This document shows, piece after piece, positions 40,103 to 48,877 of a stretch of 64,000 nt of DNA. Where the stretch lies: positions 12,285 to 76,284 of the forward strand of contig JAKOTU010000090.1 in assembly GCA_029776155.1 (NCBI GenBank). Reading direction: 5' to 3'. Below the pieces are notes generated by a model. That model saw only the letters and a list, made by a program, of their open reading frames with translations, had not been told where the DNA came from and made no database searches. This DNA comes from Bacillota bacterium. GTDB lineage: Bacteria > Bacillota > Limnochordia > Darwinibacteriales > Darwinibacteriaceae. How positions within the stretch are numbered: the stretch's first letter is position 1; each line of letters opens with the position of its first letter. Both the position numbers and the translations under genes were made by a program.

Positions 40103-41443
40103 TCAGACGCCACCCTTCAGCAGTTGTTCTGCAATTCTCTCAAAATGCAGGCCCCGGGACGCCTTCACCAAAACTAGGTCGCCATCACCAAATTCAGGCA
40201 TATTAGCGAGGAAGTCCTCCACAGAGGAATATACCTCCCCCCGTCCAGCACCCTCCTGCATTACCGAGGCGTACTCTCCAATGAACACCAGCCGCTGGGC
40301 GCACTCCGCGGCGTGGCGGCCCACCTCGAAATGGGCTTCCTCGGCGATTTCCCCTAGCTCCAGCATGGTACCTAAGATGGCCACCCGCTCGCCGGAGCAG
40401 TACATGTGGGCCAACGTATCCAAAGCACCCTTCATGGAAGCGGGGCTGGCATTGTAGCTGTCATCCACCACCACCACTCCCTGGGGGCTGCGGCGCACTT
40501 CCAAGCGCATGGCGCTGAGGGTGAGTTTCTCTAGAGCCTGCGCGCCTTGACTCAAACCGACATCGAAAAGCACACCCACAGCCAGAGCGGCACAGGCATT
40601 CCACACATTGTGCACTCCGGGTACCGCGAGGGACAGCGTCACCTCATCCCCTTCGTACGTAACCGTACAGGAGGGACGTCCCTCGCTGTCCAATCTTATC
40701 CCCTTGGCTACCAGTTGGTTGGCCGCGTCCAAACCGTAATAGATGATTCTACCTGGGAAAGAGCGGGCCTGCCCCCGTACGGTGGGGTCATCGCCATTGA
40801 GGACGGCGATCCCGCGCTCATCCATGGCCTCTAGCAACTCACCCTTGGCCTGAGCTACGTTACTAATCCCGCCCAAAAGCTCCAGATGCACCGGACCTAT
40901 GTTGGTGATCACCCCTAGGTTCGGGGGGCAAATCTCGGTGAGCCGCCTGATTTGGCCCAGACCACGCATGCCCATCTCCACCACCAGCACCTCATGATGC
41001 TCTTCCAGACCTAACACGGTGACGGGCACACCGATCTCATTGTTCTTGTTCCCCTCGGTGGCATGTACAGCATAGCGGGAGCGGAGCACCTGGGCGATCA
41101 TATCTTTGGTGGACGTTTTCCCGTTACTACCCGTTACCGCTACCACCGGAACGGGATACTTGGCTAGGTAGGCCTGGGCCAGATCTTGCAGGGCTTGGAG
41201 GGGATCCGCGACCTCGACCACCCCAGGCTGGTGATATGTTCCTTCCCTAACCACCGCAAAGCCCCCAAGGGCAAGCACGTCGCCGACGAATTGGTGTCCA
41301 TCCACGCGCTCCCCCGGCAGCGCAAAAAACAGGCTGCCCTTGCGGGCCTGGCGGCTGTCGATCACCACGTTATCCGCAGCGCCGGAACCGTGCGCGCGTC
41401 CGTGGGTCATGTCGGCAATCTCTGCAAGCGATAGTGCACGCAT
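40103..41443 (-). CDS. murF: UDP-N-acetylmuramoyl-tripeptide--D-alanyl-D-alanine ligase
   Basis: 446 aa with Mur ligase P-loop VTGSNGKTSTK, in the dcw position between murE and mraY. Confidence 0.9.
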   Translation of the reverse strand: MRALSLAEIADMTHGRAHGSGAADNVVIDSRQARKGSLFFALPGERVDGHQFVGDVLALGGFAVVREGTYHQPGVVEVADPLQALQDLAQAYLAKYPVPVVAVTGSNGKTSTKDMIAQVLRSRYAVHATEGNKNNEIGVPVTVLGLEEHHEVLVVEMGMRGLGQIRRLTEICPPNLGVITNIGPVHLELLGGISNVAQAKGELLEAMDERGIAVLNGDDPTVRGQARSFPGRIIYYGLDAANQLVAKGIRLDSEGRPSCTVTYEGDEVTLSLAVPGVHNVWNACAALAVGVLFDVGLSQGAQALEKLTLSAMRLEVRRSPQGVVVVDDSYNASPASMKGALDTLAHMYCSGERVAILGTMLELGEIAEEAHFEVGRHAAECAQRLVFIGEYASVMQEGAGRGEVYSSVEDFLANMPEFGDGDLVLVKASRGLHFERIAEQLLKGGV

Positions 41444-42897
41444 TACTCCTTCAGCTCCTTAAGGGCCGCTCTGACTTCCTCCCCGTCATCGAAGTGAATC
41501 CGCCCCTGGGCGAACTCCTGATAGGTCTCATGGCCTTTGCCAGCCACGATCACCAAATCCGCCGGTGTGGCCAAGGCCACTGCTTTGCGGATGGCACTGC
41601 GCCGATCCACATCGATCTGGTAGTTGGCGCGGGGATTGACTTTCAACAGCCCCGTTTCGATACTGGAGCAGATCGTGGCGGGATCCTCGGAGCGGGGATT
41701 GTCCGTAGTGATGATCACAACATCGGCAAGTTCGGCGGCCACAGCCCCCATCAGGGGCCGTTTCCCCCGATCGCGGTCGCCTCCGGCCCCGAATACTAAA
41801 ATAATCCGACCGTTGGGCACCAGCGGCCGGGCTGAACGCAAAATGTTCTCCAGCCCATGGGGGGTGTGGGCATAATCCACAACCACATTCAAGCCGTGGG
41901 GGTTGGGGATGCGCTGAAACCGGCCGGGAACCCCCGAGACTTTCTCCAAACCCCGCTTGATCCCCTCAAGGGAGACCCCCTGCCCGGCGCAGAGGGCGGC
42001 AGCTCCCAGGGAGTTATACACATTGAACAGCCCCATGAGCTGCAAGTTGATTCCGATCTGCCCATCTTTACTTTCCAGTATATAAGAAACGCCCGCATTT
42101 TCCAACTTGATCTTCCGGGCTTGGAAGGCGGCCTCCCGTTCTACACCGAAGGTGAGCACTGGGAAGGACACAAGTTCCTGGAGTTTTTGACCCCAAGCAT
42201 CATCAACATTCACGGCGGCAGGACCCTTTAGGCCAGCAAACAGCTTGGCTTTGGCGGCAAAGTAGTCTTCCAAGGTGGGATGAAAATCCAGGTGATCCTG
42301 GGATAAGTTGGTGAACACCGCCCCAGCAAAAGCCACGCCCACGGTGCGGTGCAGTTCCAAAGCGTGGGAAGAGACTTCCATCACCACATAGTCCACGCCC
42401 TCGGCCACCATCTGGGCAAACAGGCTCTGCAGGTCCAACGATTCAGGGGTGGTACGCTGAGCCTCCAACTTTTTTTCACCAACGAGGATCTCAATGGTGC
42501 CAATTAATCCCACCTTGTATCCGGCCTCTTCCAGGATGGATTTCACCAGATAGGTGGTTGTGGTCTTGCCGTTGGTGCCAGTTACTCCCAGCACCCGCAG
42601 GTTACGGGAAGGATGCCCGAAAAAGTTGGCTGCGGCAATGCCCAAGGCATAGCGCGTGTTCTCCACTACCGCCTGGGTCAAGTCTACCCCGGGGATAAAC
42701 CGCTCCACCAACACGGCCGCGGCGCCCTTGGCCTTGGCTTCGGGTACAAAGTCGTGACCGTCCGCCTTCTGCCCCACCACTGCCACGAATAAGTCCCCCG
42801 GCTGTACCTTTCTAGAATCATAACTGATGCCGCGCACAGAACATGGCGGCCCGAAAACCTTGTAGTTTAGTCCAGCTAAGACCGCTTCCAGCTGCAT
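41443..42897 (-). CDS. murE: UDP-N-acetylmuramoyl-L-alanyl-D-glutamate--2,6-diaminopimelate ligase
   Basis: ATG 42897 follows GGAGGAGGA. P-loop VTGTNGKTTT. The DNPR motif (TTDNPRSEDP) points to meso-DAP specificity. Confidence 0.92.
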   Translation of the reverse strand: MQLEAVLAGLNYKVFGPPCSVRGISYDSRKVQPGDLFVAVVGQKADGHDFVPEAKAKGAAAVLVERFIPGVDLTQAVVENTRYALGIAAANFFGHPSRNLRVLGVTGTNGKTTTTYLVKSILEEAGYKVGLIGTIEILVGEKKLEAQRTTPESLDLQSLFAQMVAEGVDYVVMEVSSHALELHRTVGVAFAGAVFTNLSQDHLDFHPTLEDYFAAKAKLFAGLKGPAAVNVDDAWGQKLQELVSFPVLTFGVEREAAFQARKIKLENAGVSYILESKDGQIGINLQLMGLFNVYNSLGAAALCAGQGVSLEGIKRGLEKVSGVPGRFQRIPNPHGLNVVVDYAHTPHGLENILRSARPLVPNGRIILVFGAGGDRDRGKRPLMGAVAAELADVVIITTDNPRSEDPATICSSIETGLLKVNPRANYQIDVDRRSAIRKAVALATPADLVIVAGKGHETYQEFAQGRIHFDDGEEVRAALKELKE

Positions 42898-42913
42898 CGA
42901 CCATCCTCCTCCG

Positions 42914-44989
42914 CTAAAGCTCAAACTCAACCTCCACCGTGGAACCTTTGGGCACAACGGTGCCTGCCGCGGGCAGCTGGTTAACTGCCACCCCGCTGCC
43001 CACCACTTTAATCCGCAAGCCCGCTGCCGTGAGCGCGGCTGAGGCGTCCAGCATGGACAGTCCCGTGACAGAGGGCACCGCCACCTCTTCGAGGTCACCG
43101 CGGTCAAAATAAAGGTGGACCGTGGTCTGAGCAGGAACTCTCACACCAGGGCTCGGTGTTTGGTTGGTCACCAGCGTCCCCTCTCCTTCCATGGTCCAGA
43201 AAAGGCCAGCCTGAGCCAGCCTCGCTTGGGCCTCCTGTTTGGTTAAATTGAGCACGTTAGGCACCACGGCCTGCGTCGAACGCGGCCGGCCTTCCTGGCG
43301 CCTTTTCACACCCAGGTATTCCAGACTCTCTTCCATAATCTCCCGAAACACAGGGGCAGCCAGCACGCCGCCATAGGCCGACTCCACCTTGGGTTTGTAA
43401 AGCACCACCAACATGGCCAGGGCGGGGTCATCCACGGGCGCAAAACCCACAAAAGAGGCGATGATGTCATCGGTATATCCCCCCACCCCCGGAACCTCGG
43501 CCGTTCCGGTCTTGCCCGCCACGGCATAGCCTTGAATGTCCGCGCGGTTGCCGTTGCCGTTGACCACAACGGAGCGCAAAAGTTCACTAACCGCTGCGGC
43601 AGTCTGCGGACTGATGGGCGTGCCCAACACTTCCGCTTCCACCTTCTGCACAAGCTTACCGTGGGCATCCCTGATTTCCTTCACAAAATGGGGCTTCATC
43701 AATGTTCCACCATTAGCCACGGCAGAAATGGCGCTGAGCAGCTGCAGAGGGGTAACGGCGATGCCTTGCCCAAAGCCCGTGTTCGCCCACTGGAGAGTCT
43801 GCCCCGTCCGACTGGGACTAAGGACTGTACCCGCGGTCTCTCCGGGAAAATCCACCCCTAGGCGCTGACCGAAACCAAAACCACGGATATACTGGTAGAA
43901 ACGTTCCGGTCCCATTTCCAGCGAGAGTTTAGCGAAGGTGATGTTGTCCGACCGTTCCAAAGCCTCCCGGAAAGTGATGCGGCCAAAAGCACGTCCATCC
44001 AAGTTGCGGACCCGGCCACCCCCCACTTCCCAGGCGGAACCGCTCTCAAAGATGCGGTTGTAGTCCGTGATCCCCAAATCCAAAGCCGCAGCAGCAGTGA
44101 CAAACTTGAAAGTGGATCCCGGTTCATATTGGTCTGTGATGGCCACATTGCGGCGGCGATCCACAGATACCTCCTGATAGTAGTTCGGATCAAAGGTGGG
44201 ATAGATGGCGTTGGCCAAAATCTCTCCGGTCTTGGGGTTCATTACCAGCACCAAACCCCGTTCACTGTTGCTGGAGATCACTGCTTCTTGGATGCGGGTT
44301 TCGGCTATATACTGGAGCACCGTGTCGATGGTCAGCACCACATCGTGGCCGGGCTGCGGCGGAACAAACCTCGTCTGCCCTCCGGGGATGCTGCGCTGTG
44401 CCGCATCCCGTTCGGTCGCCTGCTGCCCCGGAACTCCCGCGAGAATCTTATCGTAAAAATACTCTATGCCTTCCAAACCTTGATTATCCGCCCCGGCAAT
44501 GCCCACCACGTGGGCGGCGAGTGAGCCTTGGGGATAATAGCGTTGGGGGCGCTGCACAATCCTGATGCCTGGTAGACCTAGGCTCCGAATGGCTTGGGAC
44601 GTTTCCACCGTCAACCCCCGGGCCAGCCAAACGCTGGTTTTGTCGCTGCTCAGCAGACGAACCAACTCCGCCTCAGACAAAGACAAATAGGGAGCTAACT
44701 GCCGTGCTGTCCCCTCAACATCGCGAATGCTCTCGGGTAACGCATACACCGCATCGGCTCCCATACTAATGGCCAAGGTTTTGTAATTGCGGTCCAGGAT
44801 CCGGCCCCGCTGGGCGTCAATGGTCTGGGGTCTCATGCGCTGAGCCAAGGCCCTAAGCGCAAGCTCTTCGCCACGGTACAACTGCAGATAACCTAAGCGA
44901 ATGGCCAGGCCCACCATGGCCAGAGTCCAAAAGGTAAATATAAAAAGAGTGCGCCTAACGCGCGATCGCTTAGCGTTGTAGCGTGCCAG
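42914..44989 (-). CDS. class B penicillin-binding protein with PASTA domains (FtsI/SpoVD type)
   Basis: Transpeptidase motifs STFK, SDN and KTGT, plus two C-terminal PASTA repeats. I extended the start to CTG 44989 (see finding). The first ATG, at 44917, would cut the N-terminal TM helix in half. Confidence 0.88.
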   Translation of the reverse strand: MARYNAKRSRVRRTLFIFTFWTLAMVGLAIRLGYLQLYRGEELALRALAQRMRPQTIDAQRGRILDRNYKTLAISMGADAVYALPESIRDVEGTARQLAPYLSLSEAELVRLLSSDKTSVWLARGLTVETSQAIRSLGLPGIRIVQRPQRYYPQGSLAAHVVGIAGADNQGLEGIEYFYDKILAGVPGQQATERDAAQRSIPGGQTRFVPPQPGHDVVLTIDTVLQYIAETRIQEAVISSNSERGLVLVMNPKTGEILANAIYPTFDPNYYQEVSVDRRRNVAITDQYEPGSTFKFVTAAAALDLGITDYNRIFESGSAWEVGGGRVRNLDGRAFGRITFREALERSDNITFAKLSLEMGPERFYQYIRGFGFGQRLGVDFPGETAGTVLSPSRTGQTLQWANTGFGQGIAVTPLQLLSAISAVANGGTLMKPHFVKEIRDAHGKLVQKVEAEVLGTPISPQTAAAVSELLRSVVVNGNGNRADIQGYAVAGKTGTAEVPGVGGYTDDIIASFVGFAPVDDPALAMLVVLYKPKVESAYGGVLAAPVFREIMEESLEYLGVKRRQEGRPRSTQAVVPNVLNLTKQEAQARLAQAGLFWTMEGEGTLVTNQTPSPGVRVPAQTTVHLYFDRGDLEEVAVPSVTGLSMLDASAALTAAGLRIKVVGSGVAVNQLPAAGTVVPKGSTVEVEFEL

Positions 44990-45497
44990 CTTCCACTCCT
45001 CCTAACGGCAAAACCTTGTTCAGCACCGCGGCCAGAACACTAAGAATGCCGCCGCTGGGGTTTTCCTGCTCCCCTTGGGCCAGCCAACGCGATTCCACTA
45101 CTGGAACTGGATCGGTCCGGTGCGGAACCACTAGGGTGGCAGTGTACTCAGGATCCACCATACCCAGGCGGGTGCGGGCGATATGTTCCACCTGTTTGAG
45201 GGAACGCTGTGCTTCCAGCGTGAGCATTAGTTGATCATTTCGCTGTTCCATCAGCTTTACCTGCTCTTGGAGGCGGAGTACTTCAACATTGAGATGGTAG
45301 GAGGTGACTTGCTGCTGGAGGTAGAGTAGGCCCAAGACCACACAGCAGGCGGCCACAAGGCAGATCCTTACCGTGGCGGGCATGCGGCGGCTCCGGCGCT
45401 TAGGTTTCGATTTGGGCCCCGGCGCGCGCTGCTCCGCTGGAACCGCTGGTTCTGCGTAGGAGTAGTCGAGTTCCACAAGCTTCCTGGCCGCAGTCAT
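44970..45497 (-). CDS. ftsL: cell division protein FtsL-like
   Basis: 175 aa with a basic N-terminal region, a single TM helix (ICLVAACCVVLGLLYL) and a coiled coil. It sits in the dcw position between rsmH and the PBP gene. GAAGGAGGT SD. Confidence 0.7.
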   Translation of the reverse strand: MTAARKLVELDYSYAEPAVPAEQRAPGPKSKPKRRSRRMPATVRICLVAACCVVLGLLYLQQQVTSYHLNVEVLRLQEQVKLMEQRNDQLMLTLEAQRSLKQVEHIARTRLGMVDPEYTATLVVPHRTDPVPVVESRWLAQGEQENPSGGILSVLAAVLNKVLPLGGVEAGTLQR

Positions 45498-45512
45498 CTA
45501 GTTCAACCTCCT

Positions 45513-46445
45513 TCAAAGCTTCTCCACTGCCCGCAGTTTGGCGCTGCGGGAGCGGGGATTGTTCTCTACCTCCCTCGGGGAGGGTACAATGGGTTTCTTG
45601 TTCACCAGCTCCACAACGCGCTGGCGGCCGCAGACACAGACCGGCAGCCCAGGAGGGCAGGTGCACTTGCCGAGCAGATCCTGGAAGTAATCCTTTACAA
45701 GGCGATCCTCCAGGGAGTGGAAGGTGATCACCGCCAGCCTTCCCTTGGGTTTGAGCAGGTCCACAGCCTGCCCCAGCACGTCCCGGAGGGCACCCAGTTC
45801 ATCGTTGACGGCTATGCGCAGAGCCTGGAATGTGCGCCTCGCCGGATGGGGTCCTTGGGCCCGGGCCCCCGCAGGAACCGCTTTTTTGATCACTGCAACC
45901 AAATCCCCGGTTGTGTCAATGGGCTTGGACTGGCGTTCCGCCACTATAAACTGGGCAATTCTCGCAGCCCAGCGTTCTTCGCCGTACTCCGCGATAATCC
46001 GGGCGAGTTCTTCCTCGCCGTATGTATTTACCACCGTCCAGGCATCCAAGGGCGAACTGCGGTCCATGCGCATATCCAAACGGGCATCCTGGTGGTAGCT
46101 AAATCCTCGCTCCCCTTGATCCAACTGGATGGAAGAAACCCCCAGGTCGATGAGGATACCCGCGACCTCCTGTACGCCCAGATCCGACAGCAGACTCCGC
46201 AGGTTGCGGAAGTTCCCTTTGATCAACGTTACCCGTTCTCTGTAGTTGGCCAAGCGATACTTGGCCCGCTCCAAGGCGGCGTCATCCTGATCGATCCCAA
46301 TGAGCTGAATAGTGGGTTCCGTGGCCAGCATGCCCAGGCTGTGGCCTGCGGCGCCGACGGTACAGTCCACATACACTTCACCCGGCTTGAGGGCAAGGGC
46401 ATCAATGGTCTCCTGGAGGAGAACCGGTTCGTGGCCAAACTCCAT
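45513..46445 (-). CDS. rsmH: 16S rRNA (cytosine1402-N4)-methyltransferase
   Basis: 310 aa with HEPVLLQE, DCTVGAAGHS and FHSLEDR motifs. Confidence 0.95.
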   Translation of the reverse strand: MEFGHEPVLLQETIDALALKPGEVYVDCTVGAAGHSLGMLATEPTIQLIGIDQDDAALERAKYRLANYRERVTLIKGNFRNLRSLLSDLGVQEVAGILIDLGVSSIQLDQGERGFSYHQDARLDMRMDRSSPLDAWTVVNTYGEEELARIIAEYGEERWAARIAQFIVAERQSKPIDTTGDLVAVIKKAVPAGARAQGPHPARRTFQALRIAVNDELGALRDVLGQAVDLLKPKGRLAVITFHSLEDRLVKDYFQDLLGKCTCPPGLPVCVCGRQRVVELVNKKPIVPSPREVENNPRSRSAKLRAVEKL

Positions 46446-46460
46446 CTCTTCACCCCTAGC

Positions 46461-46892
46461 TCAGATTCCCAGATCCACTATACTCTCGGCGATCTGTTCA
46501 AAAGACTGTTCAGCCGCCTGCACGTAGGTCTCCCACTTCGCCCTGCTCCAGATCTCAATGCGACTGGCAACGCCGATTACCACCGCATCCTTGTCAATGC
46601 CGGCATACTCCCGCAGATTCAGGGGAAGCATGATCCGCCCCTGCTTATCCAACTCGCATTCAGTGGCCCCCGAAAACAGGAACCGGACAAACTGCCGGGC
46701 ATCGTGTTTGGTGAGGGGCAGGGTACGCAGCTTATTCTCTAAGACGCTCCATTCGTGGCTGGGGAACAGGAAGAGGCAGTGATCCAGCCCACGGGTGATA
46801 ATGGCTCCCTCCCCCAACTCCTCACGGAACTTCGCGGGAATAGTGAGGCGTCCTTTGGCATCCAGGCTGTGCTGATACTCGCCCAAGAACAT
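46461..46892 (-). CDS. mraZ: transcriptional regulator MraZ
   Basis: ATG 46892 ([23 protein letters not shown]). Two SpoVT/AbrB-like repeats are present. Confidence 0.95.
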   Translation of the reverse strand: MFLGEYQHSLDAKGRLTIPAKFREELGEGAIITRGLDHCLFLFPSHEWSVLENKLRTLPLTKHDARQFVRFLFSGATECELDKQGRIMLPLNLREYAGIDKDAVVIGVASRIEIWSRAKWETYVQAAEQSFEQIAESIVDLGI

Positions 46893-46915
46893 GCTCACCA
46901 CTCCCTTCGCGGTAT

Positions 46916-46942
46916 CCCCCACTTTTCCCCACTATGCACCAC
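46916..46942 (-). promoter_or_regulatory. candidate MraZ operator (three direct GTGGKG repeats at 10-bp spacing)
   Basis: The minus strand reads GTGGTG-cata-GTGGGG-aaaa-GTGGGGG, 24-50 nt upstream of the mraZ ATG. This matches the known architecture of GTGGG repeats with 10-bp periodicity. Confidence 0.5.
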
Positions 46943-47045
46943 TTCGTTGACCTAATTCGGTGGGTTTTCGCAAAATCCTGCCCCACCCATGAAAATTTTC
47001 CCTAAATGGAAAAGCCCACCATGCGGCTGTGCGGTGGACAAACAG

Positions 47046-47076
47046 CAAAAACCTGGATATCAAGGGTATCCAGGTT
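47046..47076 (-). terminator. intrinsic terminator after RNase P RNA
   Basis: On the minus strand, AACCTGGATA-cccttga-TATCCAGGTT is followed by TTTTGCTGTTTG. Confidence 0.6.
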
Positions 47077-47082
47077 ACAAGA

Positions 47083-47441
47083 CGATCTGAGTGAACCTGT
47101 AAGCCGAGTTCTGTCGAGGATGATCATCTATCTAGGGCTTTAGTTGCCTAAAGCCTCGTGCGGTCAACCCGAAAGTCAAACGAGACGGGCAGCCTCTCCT
47201 TTCCTATTTGACCTTGCTCCGGATGGGGTTTACCTAGCCAGTTAGTCACCTAACCGCTGGTGAGCTCTTACCTCACCTTTTCACCCTTACCTGGGCCGAA
47301 ACACCGGCCTAGGCGGTATGTTTCTGTGGCACTAGCCTTAGAGTCGCCTCCACTGGGTGTTACCCAGCATCCTGCCCTATGGAGCTCGGACTTTCCTCAA
47401 AGGGTAACCCTTCGCGATCATCCGGTTCACTCAGCAGCTTC
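47083..47441 (-). ncRNA. rnpB: RNase P RNA (M1-type, bacterial)
   Basis: The minus strand carries the universally conserved P4 strands GAGGAAAGTCCGAGCTCC (47381-47399 region) and ACAGAACTCGGCTTA (47099-47113). P1 pairing is CTGAGTGAACC with GGTTCACTCAG. Length is ~355 nt and ends are approximate. The GTCCGAGC version looks more type A than type B. Confidence 0.85.
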
Positions 47442-47447
47442 CCTACA

Positions 47448-47476
47448 AGTATACCATGTTCCCCACTAAGACACAA
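47448..47476 (-). promoter_or_regulatory. candidate promoter of rnpB
   Basis: The minus strand reads TTGTGT, a 17-nt spacer, then TATACT with an extended -10 TG (aTGgTATACT). The predicted transcript start is near GAAGCTGCTGAG. Confidence 0.5.
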
Positions 47477-47501
47477 GAAAAGGGAGACTTACAGGTCCCC
47501 C
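47475..47501 (-). terminator. terminator downstream of the tRNA
   Basis: On the minus strand, GGGGGAC-ctgtaa-GTCTCCC is followed by TTTTCTTG. The T-run merges into the rnpB -35. Confidence 0.5.
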
Positions 47502-47505
47502 GAAT

Positions 47506-47534
47506 TGGTGGTAAACAGTACCAGTGGTGGTAAA
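47506..47534 (-). repeat. tandem direct 10-mer TTTACCACCA x2 (19-bp period)
   Basis: On the plus strand, TGGTGGTAAA occurs at 47506-47515 and again at 47525-47534, between the tRNA and the rnpB promoter. Confidence 0.9.
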
Positions 47535-47595
47535 GTGTGCAACCTTGACACACCCGCAATTTTCTTGCGCAAAGCCGCTTCTAGCTGGGGTTTAA

Positions 47596-47671
47596 TGGTG
47601 GACCCCCTGGGATTCGAACCCAGGACCAACAGATTATGAGTCTGCTGCTCTAACCGCTGAGCTAGGGGTCC
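47596..47671 (-). tRNA. tRNA with anticodon CAT (elongator Met, or Ile2 if lysidine-modified)
   Basis: The minus strand reads GGACCCCTAGCTCAGCGGTTAGAGCAGCAGACTCATAATCTGTTGGTCCTGGGTTCGAATCCCAGGGGGTCCACCA. It folds into a clean cloverleaf with an encoded CCA. The anticodon arm closely resembles E. coli ileX as I remember it. Confidence 0.9.
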
Positions 47672-47682
47672 AACACGGATCA

Positions 47683-47711
47683 ATTATAGGAAAACATCCG
47701 CTCAGTGTCAA
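47683..47711 (-). promoter_or_regulatory. consensus sigma-A promoter driving the tRNA
   Basis: The minus strand reads TTGACA, a 17-nt spacer, then TATAAT, a perfect consensus. The tRNA 5' end lies 11 nt after the -10. The -35 sits 9 nt after the rpoD stop. Confidence 0.7.
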
Positions 47712-47719
47712 GGGTGTGG

Positions 47720-48850
47720 CTACTGCTCCAAAAAGTCCTTCAACTTCTTGCTGCGGCTCGGATGGCGCAGTTTGCGCAGGGCCTTGGCTTCAATTTGGCG
47801 AATGCGCTCCCGGGTTACCCCAAAGACCTGGCCCACTTCCTCCAAGGTCCGGCCCCGTCCATCTTCCAAGCCAAAGCGCAGCTTGAGCACCTGCTGTTCT
47901 CTGGGAGTCAAAGACTCCAGCACTTCTTCTAGCTGTTCCTGGAGCATGGTGAAAGCCGCGGCCTCTGCTGGGGCAGTTGCTTCCTGATCTTCAATAAAAT
48001 CGCCTAGATGGCTGTCTTCCTCTTCCCCAATGGGTGTCTCCAGAGACACGGGCTCTTGGGCGATTTTCATGATCTCCCGCACCCGCTCCGCAGGCATGTC
48101 CATAGCCTCCGCTATTTCCTCCGGTGTGGGAGCCCGCCCCAACTCCTGGAGCAACTGCCGGGAAACCCGGGTCAACTTGTTGATGGTTTCAACCATGTGG
48201 ACGGGAATGCGGATGGTACGGGCTTGGTCCGCAATGGATCTGGTAATGGCCTGCCTGATCCACCAAGTGGCGTAGGTACTGAACTTGAAACCTTTGCGGT
48301 AATCAAACTTCTCCACCGCCTTGATCAGGCCCAGGTTGCCCTCCTGGATCAAGTCCAGCAGCTGCATACCCCTACCCACATAACGTTTGGCAATGCTCAC
48401 CACCAGACGCAAGTTGGCTTCTGCCAGCTTGCGCGCGGCTTCTTGATCACCCTGTTCAATGCGCTTGGCCAGTTCCACTTCTTCCTCGGCAGTGAGGAGC
48501 GGAACCCTGCCGATCTCCTTTAGATACATACGGACAGGATCATCAAGCCCAATACCCTCTGGCATGGACAAATCATATTCATCCTGGTCTGCCTCATCAG
48601 TCACATCGTCATCGACCGGCTCACCAGGGTCATCGTCGTGTTCAGCATTGGAATGGGGAATCACGTCTACACCCATGGCCGAGAAGCTCTCATAAATCTC
48701 ATCGATCTGCTCAGGAAGAAGATCCACATCTTGCAGGCTATCCATGATTTCGCGATAAGTAACCATGCCGCGCTTTTTCGCCCTCGCCATGAGTTCGTTC
48801 ACTGCTTGGATGTTGTCTGCCACGGTGCTTGCTTCCTTCTTGTTCAACAT
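47720..48850 (-). CDS. rpoD: primary sigma factor RpoD/SigA
   Basis: 376 aa with an acidic region 1, then regions 2-4 ([30 protein letters not shown]). Confidence 0.97.
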   Translation of the reverse strand: MLNKKEASTVADNIQAVNELMARAKKRGMVTYREIMDSLQDVDLLPEQIDEIYESFSAMGVDVIPHSNAEHDDDPGEPVDDDVTDEADQDEYDLSMPEGIGLDDPVRMYLKEIGRVPLLTAEEEVELAKRIEQGDQEAARKLAEANLRLVVSIAKRYVGRGMQLLDLIQEGNLGLIKAVEKFDYRKGFKFSTYATWWIRQAITRSIADQARTIRIPVHMVETINKLTRVSRQLLQELGRAPTPEEIAEAMDMPAERVREIMKIAQEPVSLETPIGEEEDSHLGDFIEDQEATAPAEAAAFTMLQEQLEEVLESLTPREQQVLKLRFGLEDGRGRTLEEVGQVFGVTRERIRQIEAKALRKLRHPSRSKKLKDFLEQ

Positions 48851-48877
48851 GAATACCCCCTTTCTGTCCGGCTGTTT

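Noticed and set aside
47506-47560. A possible tRNA-like or pseudo-tRNA element around the ACCACCA repeats and the GTGTG/CACAC hairpin.
   Set aside because: There is no matching 5' acceptor strand, and the loop does not fit a T-loop. No cloverleaf can be drawn.
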